From Cetorhinus maximus (Eukaryota): 64,000 bases of DNA. The stretch covers positions 57,350,001-57,414,000 of the forward strand of contig NC_135896.1 of the NCBI RefSeq assembly GCF_964194155.1. The letters run 5' to 3'. The position numbers and the translations under genes are program-made. The notes under the pieces were generated by a model. It did no database searches. It had not been told where the DNA came from and saw only the letters and a program-made list of their open reading frames with translations. This document shows, piece by piece, positions 38,641 to 51,077 of this stretch (position 1 is the first letter of the stretch; every line of letters begins with the position of its first letter).

Positions 38641-39161
38641 GGTGGGGGGGTGGTGGGGGTGGTGAGGGGTAATGTGTAGCTCCAAGACAATGTACCAGTA
38701 TTGCCTTATTTTGGACTGCTGCTACAGGCAAACCATCCATACTATTACATCTTTGACCCTGAAATCATCGCTCCTACGGCATAAGTGGAATGCCCAGTGA
38801 AGAAAGAAAAATTACAGGAACCGGTAAGTTTGAACTATTCTCCGTCATCCCCATTGCACCTTCTCTCACCCCAGGCTCTCTTTTCCCCACAGTCTCTCTC
38901 TCTCTCTCTCTCTCTCCCCAGTCTCTGCAGTGCCACCCCACCCCCCGCAAATACCTTCCATTTCTCCCCTTCCCATGTAGTGCTTAATTGTTCAAATGTT
39001 CAGTGTTTCATTATGTCTGTCTGGTATCTGTTGTCTGTTCACTGTGTGTGATTAGTTAAGCCTGGGTGTTGAGAAAAAAGGAATTAAACTGTCAGCAAAT
39101 AGCTGGAAACATGAGAACAGACATTTTAAAAGCATTGACTTAAACTCCGCCTGCACACAGA

Positions 39162-39805
39162 GGCTAGAATATTACGCTCGTCAGGCGGGTGTGTGCCTAA
39201 CCCGAATGAGCATAAAATGATGCATGATGACGTTGGGCAAACGTCCCAACGTCATTGCGCCCTCGTAGAATATTTTGGTCGGCGGGCACACACGCGAGTT
39301 GGCAATGCGCCTGCCGACAATTAACAGGCCTATTAAGGCCATTGGAGTACCAATTAAATGTTATTTTTTGCTGTCTGCCCAACCTTACAGTTGGCAGCCA
39401 GGCAAAAAGGCCAAGCGGCCTTTGCACTTTTTAGAAAGCCTCATCCATGGGCGGGATGAGATTTCCAACAGCTATTAAAAATGAAATAAACATTTTAACA
39501 TTTCATTAATAACGTGTCCCTGCTCATGTGATGGTCACATTTTATAATTCTTTGTTTTTCATTTTTTATATCTTCAGCTCCCTGGGACAGCTCTCTGCCT
39601 CAGGGAGCTCTTCCTGTGAGCACACGCGCACATGTGCGAATTTGCACGCTCGCCTTCCTCCCTTCCCCCTCACACACGTGTTTCACACTGGGTGGGCCTT
39701 AATTAGCTTACCAATGTGAAATTGTGGTCCGGCACTGATCGCGGGTGGTGGTCGGCTTCCCCACTGCCCCCGCCAAGCCCGCCCAACGAGGGCAAAATTC
39801 TGCCC
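39162..39805. mobile_element. Harbinger-type MITE, family A
   Basis: TIRs ggctagaatatt / aaaattctgccc, TSD aga/ata, family motifs present. Confidence 0.85.
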
Positions 39806-41399
39806 ATAGAATCTCGTGTGTCAACTTTTATCTCCAAGACATAAAACACAACTGGCCTTCCCACTCCCGAGTCTCTTCCTCCCTCCTCCGAGTATCTCTT
39901 CCACCCAACATCATCTCTCTCCCCCACCTCCCTTTATCTTTGCAGAGAAACCTGCTCAGCTGGTGTTTGGTGGAAAGCTATTCACACACCCGGAATCTCT
40001 TTCCATTCCCCCAGTCTCTCTCCCTCTTCCTAGTCTTTCTCTTTCTCCCCCAGTTTCTGTCTTTCTCTTCCTCTCCGCCAAGTCCCCCTTCCCACCTCCA
40101 TCCTCACACGCCAGACTGAGGGTGGGGGGTTGGGGGGATGGTGGTGGTAATGTGTAGTTCCAAGACAATGTATTGGTATATATTCAATAATGGGCAGACA
40201 ACCTCAGGGATAATTTGCATTTGAAGAACAACCACAAAAATTTGAATTTGCGAAATTCACAGATAGGGGAGAGAAAGCAGGACCTTAGTTAACTGCCATA
40301 CTAAACCTGTTGGAAGTAAAGATAAACTGTTGTAGAATCAGCAGATGGTCAAGGTGATTCAGAAAAAATGACTTGTAAAACAACTTGCCTGCTTAAAGTT
40401 ACATGACACGTTTCAATCTAAATTCAACCATTTATAGAGACACCTATGGACATTTCTGGTACTGTTGGAACAGAAGGTAAAAACAGTAAAACTTGGGAAA
40501 TTACTGGCACTGGTCCAAACTTGTGGTAAACTGATGTGTAACATACCTTTAAGAAGAATGTAATAATGGAAGATCACATTATCTTAGTATCCAATAGAAG
40601 AGTAGTGTGGGCTAGCTCAGTAGCCAGTAGCCTATAGTTAGGGTCTGTAGTGTAGAGACAGGGTTTGAATTGAAAGCCCACAAATGTAGCTACTGAAGAC
40701 CTTTGTAAATAAACAGAATATGTTCCACCTAAGAGCTGTCTGTTGACCTGCTCTGTCTTTCATACCAACTCTGCCATCCCAAAACAAGGGATCCATTAGT
40801 CCCAACAAACTGGTGACCAGGATCCAACAGAACTGGAGCTCCATTTCAAGTGTGCTAGGCCAGTTCAGACAAGTGTCTTTCATTCCCCAAGTTTTACTTT
40901 TTTCTGATTTTATAATTGTTTCTTTCAAAGACAGAACTTGGCATAGGAATTTGCAATGCATATTTGAATGGAAATTTGCATCCCACGCAATCCTTTTAAT
41001 GTACGTACATGTATATGGTGGATAATTAAAGACAGTAGCTGTAATTCTATATGATAAATACTTTTAAGAAGTCTCCTTTAGTTAAATGCTTTTTCCAGTT
41101 TGGAACTACAATTGATTTCACTGCTCCTGGAGGTGAAACATATGTTAAATTAATTAAGCACCGTTATGAGGGACCAAATGAAGAGGTTATGCCCTATTAA
41201 TCCCTTGCCAAATTTACAGGTCACATAGATCCTATGAGACTTTAATGAGGAACTCTGGATTATAAGTGTTTGATTCACCACAGAGGCAACAGAGCAACTG
41301 CTTACATGAAGAATGTAGCCACGAACATCTGTCCATGACAGCTTTGCCTGTGACAGTTAAAATGACCAGTGAACTCAATTTTTATGCAATAGGCTTATT

Positions 41400-42890
41400 G
41401 TAAGCAGCCATGAGAAAGAAACTGACAGCGTGTGCAGTCAATGGGCAAGTCGCAAGATGGATAGCAAATTGGCTACAAGGTAGACACCAAAGAGTAAACA
41501 TGAAAGGCTGTTACTTGGACTGGCAAAAATGGGAAGTGATTCTACCATTTACTTAAACGATTTGGACTCAGAAATAAGAAGTACAATATCAGAATTTCCA
41601 AACATCATGAAATTGGGAGGCATGGCTGTTATCAAGAAAAACTGAAGCAAAATAGATGTTAACAAACTTGCATAATGGGAGTATAAACAATGAATGATTT
41701 CCAATATTGATAAGTGTAAGATGGGACATTTTGGGTGGAGGAATAAGGAGGTCACGGACTCCTTGGAAAATAAGTGTTTAAATGGATAGAGGACTACAGG
41801 CTCACAAATCATAAACTGCTATAAAAGTGCAAAATAAAAATACGGGTACAATTCTAGGGGAACAGTTCTATTCTCAATATTATTTAAAAAAAGATAGAAG
41901 TGCTGGGGAATAAGATGCCAAAACAATTTATCTATCAGAGCTGAGAGGCCATTACTGTTGGGGTGGACTGAACAGACTAGAAATCTTCTCTCTAAAATTT
42001 ATAAGGTAACCTGGTGGAGGTCTTAAAATTCTAAAGAGGGTGCATAAAGTAGAAATGGAGCATGTTTTTTACCTCATCGGGAGGGCGCCGGTGGGTGGGC
42101 CCGAGAGAGGCCGCAAAACTGACCGCCGTCTGCGATTGGGCCCTGACCGCGATTTCACGCTGGCCAATTAATGGCCAGCCAGCAAGAATCGTGCACTGAA
42201 ACCCTCAGAGCTTCCTTGGTGGTGGGGGGGGCAGGGGGGTGGGCGGGGGCAGGGGGGTTGGGGGGTGCAGGGGGGTGAGCGCGGAAGACAGCACATGCAC
42301 TCGGGTGCGCTCAGTGAAAGCTCCCTGAAGGCACAGAGCTGCCTCAGGGAGCTGAAGATTTTTAACATTAAAAATAATTGAAAAATAAGGAAAACATGAC
42401 CCCTCATGTGGCTGTGTCACATGAGCAGGGACATGTTGAAAGTGAGTTTTAAAAGGATTTTTTCAATCACTGGTCGAAACCTCATCCCATCCGTGGGTGA
42501 GGTTTCGCAAAAATTCAATTTAATGAATTAATCAATGGGCTTAACAGCTCTCTTAATTGTCGGCGAACGCGCTGCTGATTCCCGTGCCTGCCCGCCGACC
42601 GAAATATCGCGCGAGTGCACAATGACACCAGGATGTTCACCCGACCTCATCGCACACCATTTTTCTCCCGTTCCTGTCGGGCGTGAGCCCACCCGGCGAG
42701 AGAAAAATTCTGCCCCGTGGAGAAGATGTTTCCGCTTGCAGAGAATCTAAAATTAAGGACCATTATTATAAGATAATTGTGAATAAATGCATTCTGGAAT
42801 TCAGAAGAAGCTTCTTTACTCAGGGTAGTTGAGATGAATCACAGAGATACATTTAAGAGAAGCTACATGTGTACACGAGGGAGAAAGAAA
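41400..42890 (+). mobile_element. Very degenerate CR1 RT-3' remnant hosting a MITE
   Basis: 'tggatagcaaattggcta', 'gataagtgtaagatgggacattttgg', 'gagaagatgtttccgcttgc', 'ttctttactcagggtagtt'. Confidence 0.55.
42057..42716. mobile_element. Harbinger-type MITE, family A (opposite orientation)
   Basis: Right TIR aaaaattctgcccc, degenerate left TIR, hairpin gaaacctcatcc...gggtgaggtttc, and an expanded G tract at 42218-42277. Confidence 0.8.
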
Positions 42891-44615
42891 TAGGCTTTGT
42901 GATTAATCCAAATCTTCCACAAGCTGAGTGTGATTAATGGTCGGGTGATTGATTGCATTCAGCCAGCGTTCCAAATTTGGTACGACTGGAAAAAATAGAT
43001 GTCTTCCTCAAGTGACCAGGACGCAGTCAGCAAGTCTCGCATGCTGCATTTTACCAATATTTTCTTTCCGCAATCGCAGAGGTGCAGAGCTCCCAGGCAC
43101 ACCCAGAAATCCTGCTGAAAGCTCACACAGCTTCATTTCACTTAACCTGACTCAGGTAACCCACCTTGGATGGTCTCTAAGTACTGGATTAAAAGGGATG
43201 AACGTTTAGTCCTGGATACACACATTCCATTCCTTAGTGTTGACTATGGTGAATACGAAGGAGAAAATCACTAACAAAGAAAAAGATCTATTCTTTCCAT
43301 CGCTGGATAAATGCCTGCAGAACTAGAGGAAGTACATAACCAATGCTGTTTTCCAGTTATTAAGCATTATTTGGATGCTATTCAGAAGATGAATAGAAAA
43401 GAAGAACTTCTTTCTGAGCAGAGAGGAAATTATTTGAAAAGGAATGTGAATGCATTATACTATTTGACTGCAGACCAAGTCAGAGCTTGGCAAAATGCCA
43501 GTTTGAACTGCTGCAGCTAAAAAAAAATCTCTCTATCTAATGCTGCTTACTGCAAGCAAGAGATAACAGGAGGTGAAGTCTTGGGCAGGAGAGCAAAATG
43601 GGAGCAAAATGAACTGGCAGCCAGTTTTACACCCGATCATTCAATGAGAAAGAAAAGCGGGTGAGATGTGAAATCAGTTGCCGATTCTCTGTTGATTATT
43701 TTGTAGTACAGGCAGATGAGCAGCCCACAGCCTGCCCAGTTAGATTAGTGTGCGGACAGCTGAATTGGATGGTCACTAAAGGATCTTCAGCAGGATCAGA
43801 ATCTTCATTTTGTACATACTGACCTGAGATCTTCAATCACCCATGGAAGTGAGAACAGGAGTGGGTGCGCTTTGAAATTGGTGCTACTGGATTGCAAGTT
43901 AGTGACCTGATGCCTCTGGAATTTTCAAAGCCAAGGCCGGGTGATGGTGAGGTGGGAGGAATCTGCGAACACGCTTGCCTCAAATTAACTGCCCATTAAG
44001 CTCCTTGAAGAGTTTGTTTACAGGCCTGGGAGGGCCAGAAGGCAACTTTCAATTCGTAAGTTGCCAAATCCGAAAAGTATGGTGCACATGAGCCTATATC
44101 TGTCAGATTCAAGGCAGGGAATAATTAAGTAAATTTCTTTACGATGGATAATTTTTGTCACTGGTAATTTTTGTCCCAGATCGAGCACGGTACTTTTCAG
44201 TTGGCCGTTTGGCTGCTTTTGTGCACAATGAAGCTGTAGGTCCTCCGAGGCACTGATTCCTCTCTTCAAGGCATGGCAGGCCCCGTTATTGACCTGCCTT
44301 TGACAGTCATGCTCAGTGGGCAGCTCCTGCCTCCTGGTAATTCTCAGTATCAACAATTGGGCACCAAGCTCTTCACCAAGCCAATTAGGGCATCTACATT
44401 TGAAGACTGCACGTGTGAGTGACATAGGTGTGAAGTTGGGTCAGAACCTAGAAATTATTCAGGCATCGGGTTTCCAACCCCAGTTTGAAAATTAAGTCCC
44501 TGGTGTCAAAAAAGGAGACTAATTTGTTTGTTCTTACTTGGTAGATTGGTTTGCATTTGCTTTATTTTATTAACTATCATAGTAACAATTCAAGTTTGTA
44601 CAAAGGAACAATACT

Positions 44616-44909
44616 GTTCGAATCCCGAGATGGCAGATGGTGGAATTTGAATTCAATAAAGATCTGGAGTTAAAAGTCTAATGATGAACACAAAACCATT
44701 GTCGATTGTTGTAAAAACCCATCTAGTTCACTAATATCCTTTAGGGAAGGAAATCTGCCGTCCTTACCTGGTCTGGCCTACATGTGACTCCAGACCCACA
44801 ACAGTGTGGTTGGCTCTTAAATGCCCTCTGAGCAAGGGGCAATTAGGGATGGGCAATAAATGCTGGCCTAGCCAGTGACACCCACATCCCATGAATTAAT
44901 TTTTAAAAA
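44616..44909 (+). mobile_element. 5'-truncated tRNA-derived SINE made of the 5' head and 3' tail of the LINE at 52190-59305
   Basis: B box gttcgaatccc at 44616-44626. 44616-44831 aligns with 52264-52490, and 44833-44909 aligns with 59230-59303. Confidence 0.85.
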
Positions 44910-45614
44910 GTTCCCAGTTAGACTTATTTAGCAGGGCTGAATCTCTCAGTACAGTAAGAATAGGAAATCAATAAATACATATTTGTGTCAAAGAGATTCA
45001 GTGCCAATAAAGTTTTAAAAATCTGATTTTCAGTTTGTTCTAAATTTTGCCCCATTCAGTTTTCTCAGATGAAGTTGCAATGATGATGTGTGAAATAATG
45101 ATGTGCCATATACCATGAAGTATTTTTCTTGCATTTATCAGAATTATTGCAGAAATGAAAAATATTATGAATTGTTTAGCTGGTAATTATTGGCTGGCTA
45201 TGAATGAATGCAACCCAAAAGCAGCAAAACAATTTAAAAGAAATTTTTAATTTAGTCTGTCATTATGTCTTTCGACTAACCCTTTGAGGTAATGTTATGA
45301 AATTTTGTGCTTAAAAGTGATTAATATTTCTCGGGGTGAGTATAAGTGATTGTTTGGATTTATCTAACTCTGCATTAAAAATGTTTATTATATAATTTCT
45401 TTATGCTTGGTAACTGAAACAGTGCATTTGGAAAAATGCATAGCATCAATAATTAGCTCTCTTTTGGATAGCTCTGGAATAATAATGTTGCACATGTCAC
45501 CAAATGAAGAAACATTATGAAGCAGATTTAACAGCTTCCGAATTAACCTTGTCCTTTCTTCCAACTCTTTTGAACTTTGGTTGTGTTTTCCATTATGGTT
45601 ATTGAGGATTTCAT

Positions 45615-45705
45615 CAACAACAACAACTTGCATTTTTATATTATCTTTAACATTCTAAAACAACCTAAGGCGCCTCACAAGAGTGTTATCACCAAGCTAC
45701 ACAAA
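45615..45705 (-). mobile_element. L2 LINE 3' tail (antisense)
   Basis: Reverse complement ends '...aaatgcaagttgttgttgttg', a typical L2 tail. Collinear L2 pieces lie at 50020-50221 and 61520-61850. Confidence 0.6.
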
Positions 45706-45961
45706 GGGAAGAATCGTCCCAGATTTGCACTACATGTTGTAGCAGCACTGAAAAATGACTTTTTACCCTCCAGCCACAATGCCGGATTTTCACACCGTAT
45801 TGTCCCTTTCCCAGAGCATCCCACTTCATTACTAATGCACTCACGGGAGACATGCCGGACTGCAGGCGGGCGGGCTTGGAGTTGCCCGCCACGCTGTGAC
45901 CTCAGTGCTTCCTCACTCCAGCCGCCATATTTAAAGTGCACCAGAGCGCAGTCTACTTCAT

Positions 45962-46625
45962 GCACAGGATTTTTAGGTAGGAGTGCGGGGGTGATCAGTG
46001 GGCCCAGAAGCAGCCGTGGGAATGGACCGCCAACCGTGATCAGCCCCCCGACCACAATTCCAACCACCAAGCAATGGCCAGCCAGCATGTGCTGAAATGC
46101 TCAGCGCTGCCGGGGTGGTGGCGGGAGGAGGGCGCTGACGTTGGCACGGGCAAGCACTGAATGAAAGTTCCCTGAAAGCAGAGAGCTGCCTTAGGGAGCT
46201 GAAGACTTTAAAACCAATAAATAAACTTTTTAAAATTGGGAAAAAATATGTCCAAGTATCTCAATCAGTCACTTGAACATACACATGATAAAAATTCTGT
46301 CCAAACACTTTTTTTAAATCTATTAACGGAAATCTCATCCTGCCCTTGGGTGAGGTTTCATGAAAATGCAAAGTCCACCTGGCCGATTTGCCTGTCTGCC
46401 AACCGTAAGGCTGGATGGACCACAAAAAATCAGAGGCCATTACAACTTTAATTGCACTAATTGACCTCTTAATTGTCAGTGGGCACGGTCCTGGCTTGCG
46501 CCAGCTGACCGAAATATTGCATAAGCGCAGGATGGTGTCAGGATGCTCGCCCGACGTCATCTCATGCGATTTCGCGTCCAATCAGGTCGGGCACGTGTCG
46601 ACACACTGACCTAAAAATTCTGCAC
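45962..46625. mobile_element. Harbinger-type MITE, family A, nested upstream of the Myb gene
   Basis: TIRs gcacaggatttttagg / cctaaaaattctgcac with exact TSD cat (45959-45961, 46626-46628). Confidence 0.85.
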
Positions 46626-46659
46626 CATGTCTACAGACCAGGAATGCTCCAGGCCACAG

Positions 46660-48357
46660 ATGGCCCCAAACACAAAGGTGAGGGCAGCCCTCTTTCTGTG
46701 GCACCTGCTGGAAGCAGTGGAAGGCCGCCATGAACTCCTCTACCCCTGCTCTAGCTGCAGGAGGACCACTAGAGTCAACAATCCAGCCCGGGAGGTGGTG
46801 GCTCTGGTGGTCAGTACCAACGGAGCACAGAGGAGGTCAGCCATCCAGTGCAGGAAGAGGATGAATGCTGTCATCCATTCTGCCAAGGTAAATCAACCAC
46901 CTCATCACTCTCAACACACACTCTCAAACCCATCACACATCCACAGGGATCTCACACCTCAAGTAACAACACCACTAACTCTCAAACACACCCTCATATC
47001 TCCATCAGGCTCATATCCTCTGGAGCTTGTGTCCTTATCAAATCCATGGCTCCGATCACCACACAAACATTCCACGGAGTGCCATGCATCCTGCTCACAC
47101 TGTCTCTACCTGTTTTCATGCACGGGAAGCTGGCTCACAACAGGAGGGGGTGGAGTGGCCCACATTAGCCCCCTCATTCACTTTGAAAAACTTGCCATCG
47201 GGCTGACTGATGAGGACGTGGGCCGTGCCTGCAGTGACGGTGAGGTCGACGGCGAACACCCACATGACGGCCTGCACCACATCATACTTCAATCAACACA
47301 ACTGTGAGTGCTCTCTCTCCTGTTTTTGACTCTGCTGCCGACTAATTATTTCTACTTTGCTTCACAGGGAGCCCTGCCAAGCAACTGATGCCCTCAGCCA
47401 GCCAATCCCTCAGCTCCATCCAGGTCCTCACCTCCAGCAAAGAGGACACCTCCTCCATTGAAAAGCTGGGAATAAGCAGCCTGGAAGACCCATTACAGCG
47501 CTTACACACACCCTCCATCAGCGCAGAGACACACACCTTGTAGGGACTTAGATCTAAAGCAGGCTCAAGCTCACAATCTGATGGTCATCGAACGGACACA
47601 TGTCCGCAGCAGGAGGAGGCAGTTCAGCTGAGCTCCCCGACACTCGGAGGACTGCTGGGGAAGAGGTATCTGTGAGGTCCGAGGCAGATAATGAGCCTCT
47701 GGATTCGGCCTTCCAATGCATCGCGGAGAGCAGAAAGCAGGGGAACATCACACAGAGCTGTTGGAAGCCTTCAACAGAGTGACAGACGAGCCAGAGGAGT
47801 GTGTTTGCTTACTCTCTGATGAAGTGGTGCCCACATGTGTACACATAGAGGTTCCCATGGTAAAGATGGAGGATGCCATGGAGACCCTGGCCCAGAAGAA
47901 TACAGAGGTGTGTGCAGACCTGCACTCCATCACGTTGGCCAAGGGTGAGTTCCTGCAGTGGCAATGCGAGGGGGAAAATGAGGCACCTCGACATCCCTCC
48001 AGGTGTTCTTTCTCCCCAAGTAGTCAAACCAGGGCCCTCGGGCACCTGAAGAAAAGAGGAGTGGCAGTTGGACACCCCTGGGTTATCCACTCAGAAATCT
48101 CTGAGGCCCCTTTGCCTGTGACTCCCTCAACCCTGCCCTCTGTCACCGCAGAGGGAGCAGCTGGCCCACAGGAGGGCAGCCAAAGCAAGTCTGGGCCCTC
48201 AAGGCCACAGCTCTCGAGAGGATGCACACCGAGTCATCAGAGGCAACAGGGCCAACCATTGCACAGGCTGTCTCCAACTCTGCTGGGGATATCACACCAA
48301 CACCTAGAAGGAGTGGTAGGCCTAGAAAAGTTAAGTTCTGATCACAAGTGGTTGTAA
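46660..48357 (+). pseudogene. Intron-containing Myb/SANT-like (NAIF1/MSANTD-type) Harbinger accessory gene, decayed
   Basis: Exon 1 'LLEAVEGRHELLYP...REVVALVVSTNGAQRRSAIQCRKRMNAVIHSAK' ends at donor gtaaat (46888). Exon 2 'KLAHNRR..GGGVAHISPLIHFEKLAIGL'. Acceptor ttcacag at 47367, then a coiled-coil-like 'MEDAMETLAQ' segment. Frameshifted. Confidence 0.7.
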
Positions 48358-48829
48358 GGATGAACACCTTTTGTCACTTTACAATCTGAAAATATATTCA
48401 CTTTCACTGAGCAACGTGTTATGTATCTTTCAGCTTCATTTACAGGCTTCGCAAGTCCGACCCCTGAAACCCACACACCCATTCCCACTCCCCCTCACCC
48501 CTCACCCCGCCACTAGCAGTTCAGACCAGGAGTGAATCTGGATGGAGAAGTGTGTATGTGTGTGGCAGGGCTTTTCGGAGACTCGAGCAAGCACTCTCCC
48601 AAGCACACGGAACCTTCATCCATCACACTCACCTCACTGTCCTGAGCATTTTCAATGCTGCCGGCTAGGATTCTCTTTCTGTGTCCATCTGAGCTGACCT
48701 ACATCTCCACCCACCCACTGATCACACCCCCATGCAGCACCAGTGCCCGTTCAGTACGGGGCTTCTTTCACTTTTGATTGCTGCAAAATGGTGGTTGTGA
48801 AGTTTGAGATAAGCTCCCTGATCTTTTCC

Positions 48830-49680
48830 CCTCCCCCAGTCACCCATGCCCTTTCCCCATCACAGTCTACCCCACTGGCATCACCTTCCACCTCCTCACC
48901 ATTACCCTACAGCCCAAATCCTTGTCATTCCTGGATGTCCAGGTGAACGTGCATGTTCCCTACCTTCCTGAATGTCCCACCCCCATCCACATTGACCTCT
49001 CCAACCTCCCTCTTCCCAACCCCAGGGTCTGTGTCTGCCTCCATGTCCCCACCAACAATTCTCGCTGCCCCTTCTACTGGTACCGACACACCCTCACCCT
49101 ATCAGCTCCCTCTACCTCCTCTCACACTCACCATTCCATCCTAACATGCCCACCCTCAGCTTGCTCCCCAAGCAGCAGTCATTGGCTCCACAGATCCCTC
49201 CATTGCACATTCACCTGGACATTCCACCTCCCCTTACACCTTCCTCCACCCATACTCCCTCCTTCCCCCATACACCCTCCCCCTCTGAACTCCCTCCTCC
49301 CCCTCAAACATTTTCCCCTTCCAATCTCCCTTCACCCCACTGGGACACCTTATCCTCTCCGAAGTCCCTCCTTCCCCTGAACACATTCCGCCCTCCAAAC
49401 TCCATCCCTTACATCTTCCTCCCCCCTTGCACCTACCTCCTCATTTGCACCATTCTCCCTTGTTCACACTCCTCCCCCAGTACTTCCTCCTACCCCAGAC
49501 ACCTTCCTTCCCCTTCTCAACCTCACCCCCAGACAGCTTTGCCACCCCGCCCCCCCACACATCACACTCTCCCGACATCTTTGGCACCCCCACCTATCAA
49601 CCTCACCCCTCCTCACCTCCCCAGCACACCTTCCTCTCCCACTCACACCTAAACCTTTCTCCCCTCCCACCCCCTGCCCT
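48830..49680 (+). repeat. C-rich low-complexity tract inside the Harbinger remnant
   Basis: Strong C/T strand bias; the Pro/His-rich ORFs are compositional. Confidence 0.7.
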
Positions 49681-50019
49681 GCTCGCTGATTATCCAAAGC
49701 AGCCCATGGTGAAGTCTGTGATGTCCCGACACAGGTCCAAAGCATCAATGGAGACCTTGGGAGATGGTGCGCGCCCATGGCGAAGTCCATGAAGTTCCAC
49801 AGCCTCAGTGAAGTCGAAGATGCTGCATGCAGACCTCCCGCCTTCCAAGAGCAGCTTTGCTCAGATAACTTTATTACAGAGCTCTTTTAGAAATGACATG
49901 ATTGAATCAGTCCACGATTAGAAAGCTCCGCCCCTAAGATTGCCCACGCTTAGGTCTCATTAGTCAGAACAACCATGTTACCCCTAAAGACAGAAGGAAA
50001 GGTTATACCTTCAATTGAT

Positions 50020-50221
50020 ACAGTTTTAAGGAGGGTGTTAAGGAGAGAGATGTGGAGAGGTTTAGGAGTGAATTCCAGAGCTTAACACTTAGGTAGCTCA
50101 AGGTGGCCACTAATGATGGACCACAGTTGAGCAAAGAGGCCAGAGTTGGAGGAGCACAGAGATCTCAGATGTTTGTAGGGCTGGAGGAGATGACAGAGAT
50201 AGGGAGATGTGAGGCGAGGCC
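50020..50221 (-). mobile_element. L2 ORF2 C-terminal fragment
   Basis: Minus strand encodes remnants 'LLQPY..LRSLCSSNSGL...KLWNSLP' typical of the L2 ORF2 end. Confidence 0.7.
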
Positions 50222-50619
50222 GTATTACAATTTTGACAGTCAGTTGGTGAATGTGGAGACCAGAAGTTAATCTTTATTCAGCTTAAGTTTTTCCACTAAG
50301 TGGAACATGACAAGTGTATAGCTCCTAAACCTACTCACCTCCCTGCCCACCCATTGCCAATAAGTGTCTCTTTCTGTGCTTACATAATGAATGTCCTCTG
50401 CCTGTTTATTCTTACCCTTAACTTATACAATTAAAAAACTCCTTTTTTTTTCAACTAAAATTTAACAATTAATGCTCACAAATAGTATTTCAAAATAAAC
50501 CAAAAAAAAAAAGATTTTCCATTTTCTATACATAAAATATATCATCACAAGACATCCCTCCTCTAGGACTCCAAATAGCTTCTTGATACAAGCACTTCTT
50601 TGTGTGAAACTGCATCAAC

Positions 50620-51035
50620 CTTTTCCCTGGAGCAGAGGTGATTGAGGGGGGACATGATTGAGGTGTATAAAATTATGAGGGGCATAGATAGGCGAGACAG
50701 GAAAGAACTGTTCCCCTTGGTGAAGGGATCAATAACCAGGGGGCATAGATTTAAGGTAAGGGGCAGGAGGTTTAGAGGGGATGTGAGGAAGAATTTTTTC
50801 ACACAGAGGGCAGTGGGAATCTGGAACTCACTGCCTGAAAGGGTGGTAGAGGCAGAAACTCTCGTAACATTTAAGAAGTATTTGGATGTGCACTTGCGAT
50901 GCCATGGCATACAAGGCTATGGGCCTAGTGCTGGAAAATGGGGTTAGAATAGTTAGATACTTGTTTGACTGGTGTAGACTTGATGGGCTGAAAGGCCTTT
51001 TTCTCTGCTGTAGACCTCTATGACTCTATGACTCT
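50620..51035 (+). mobile_element. CR1 3' end (5'-truncated) inserted in the Copia RNase H
   Basis: ORF 50642..50947 'RGDMIEVYKIMRG...TRGHRFK...FFTQRAVGIWNSLP', (ctctatga)n tail, aacc duplicated at both ends. Confidence 0.9.
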
Positions 51036-51077
51036 AACCCATTAAACCATGGAGATTCCATTTCTCTCTAACATTAG

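Larger units (their letters stand above)
45707..49870 (+). mobile_element. Harbinger transposon remnant carrying a Myb/SANT gene; transposase body missing
   Basis: Left TIR-like gggaagaatcgtccc at 45707, TATA-like tatttaaa at ~45928, then a Myb/SANT-like ORF. The right end is not resolved. Confidence 0.6.

Noticed and set aside
43311-43520. 69-aa ORF with protein-like composition and an internal acceptor-like ttttccag
   Set aside because: No recognisable homology, no convincing donor or partner exons.
43570-44500. Old MITE-like GC-rich block ending in aaaattaagtcc
   Set aside because: No matching left TIR or TSD could be defined by eye.
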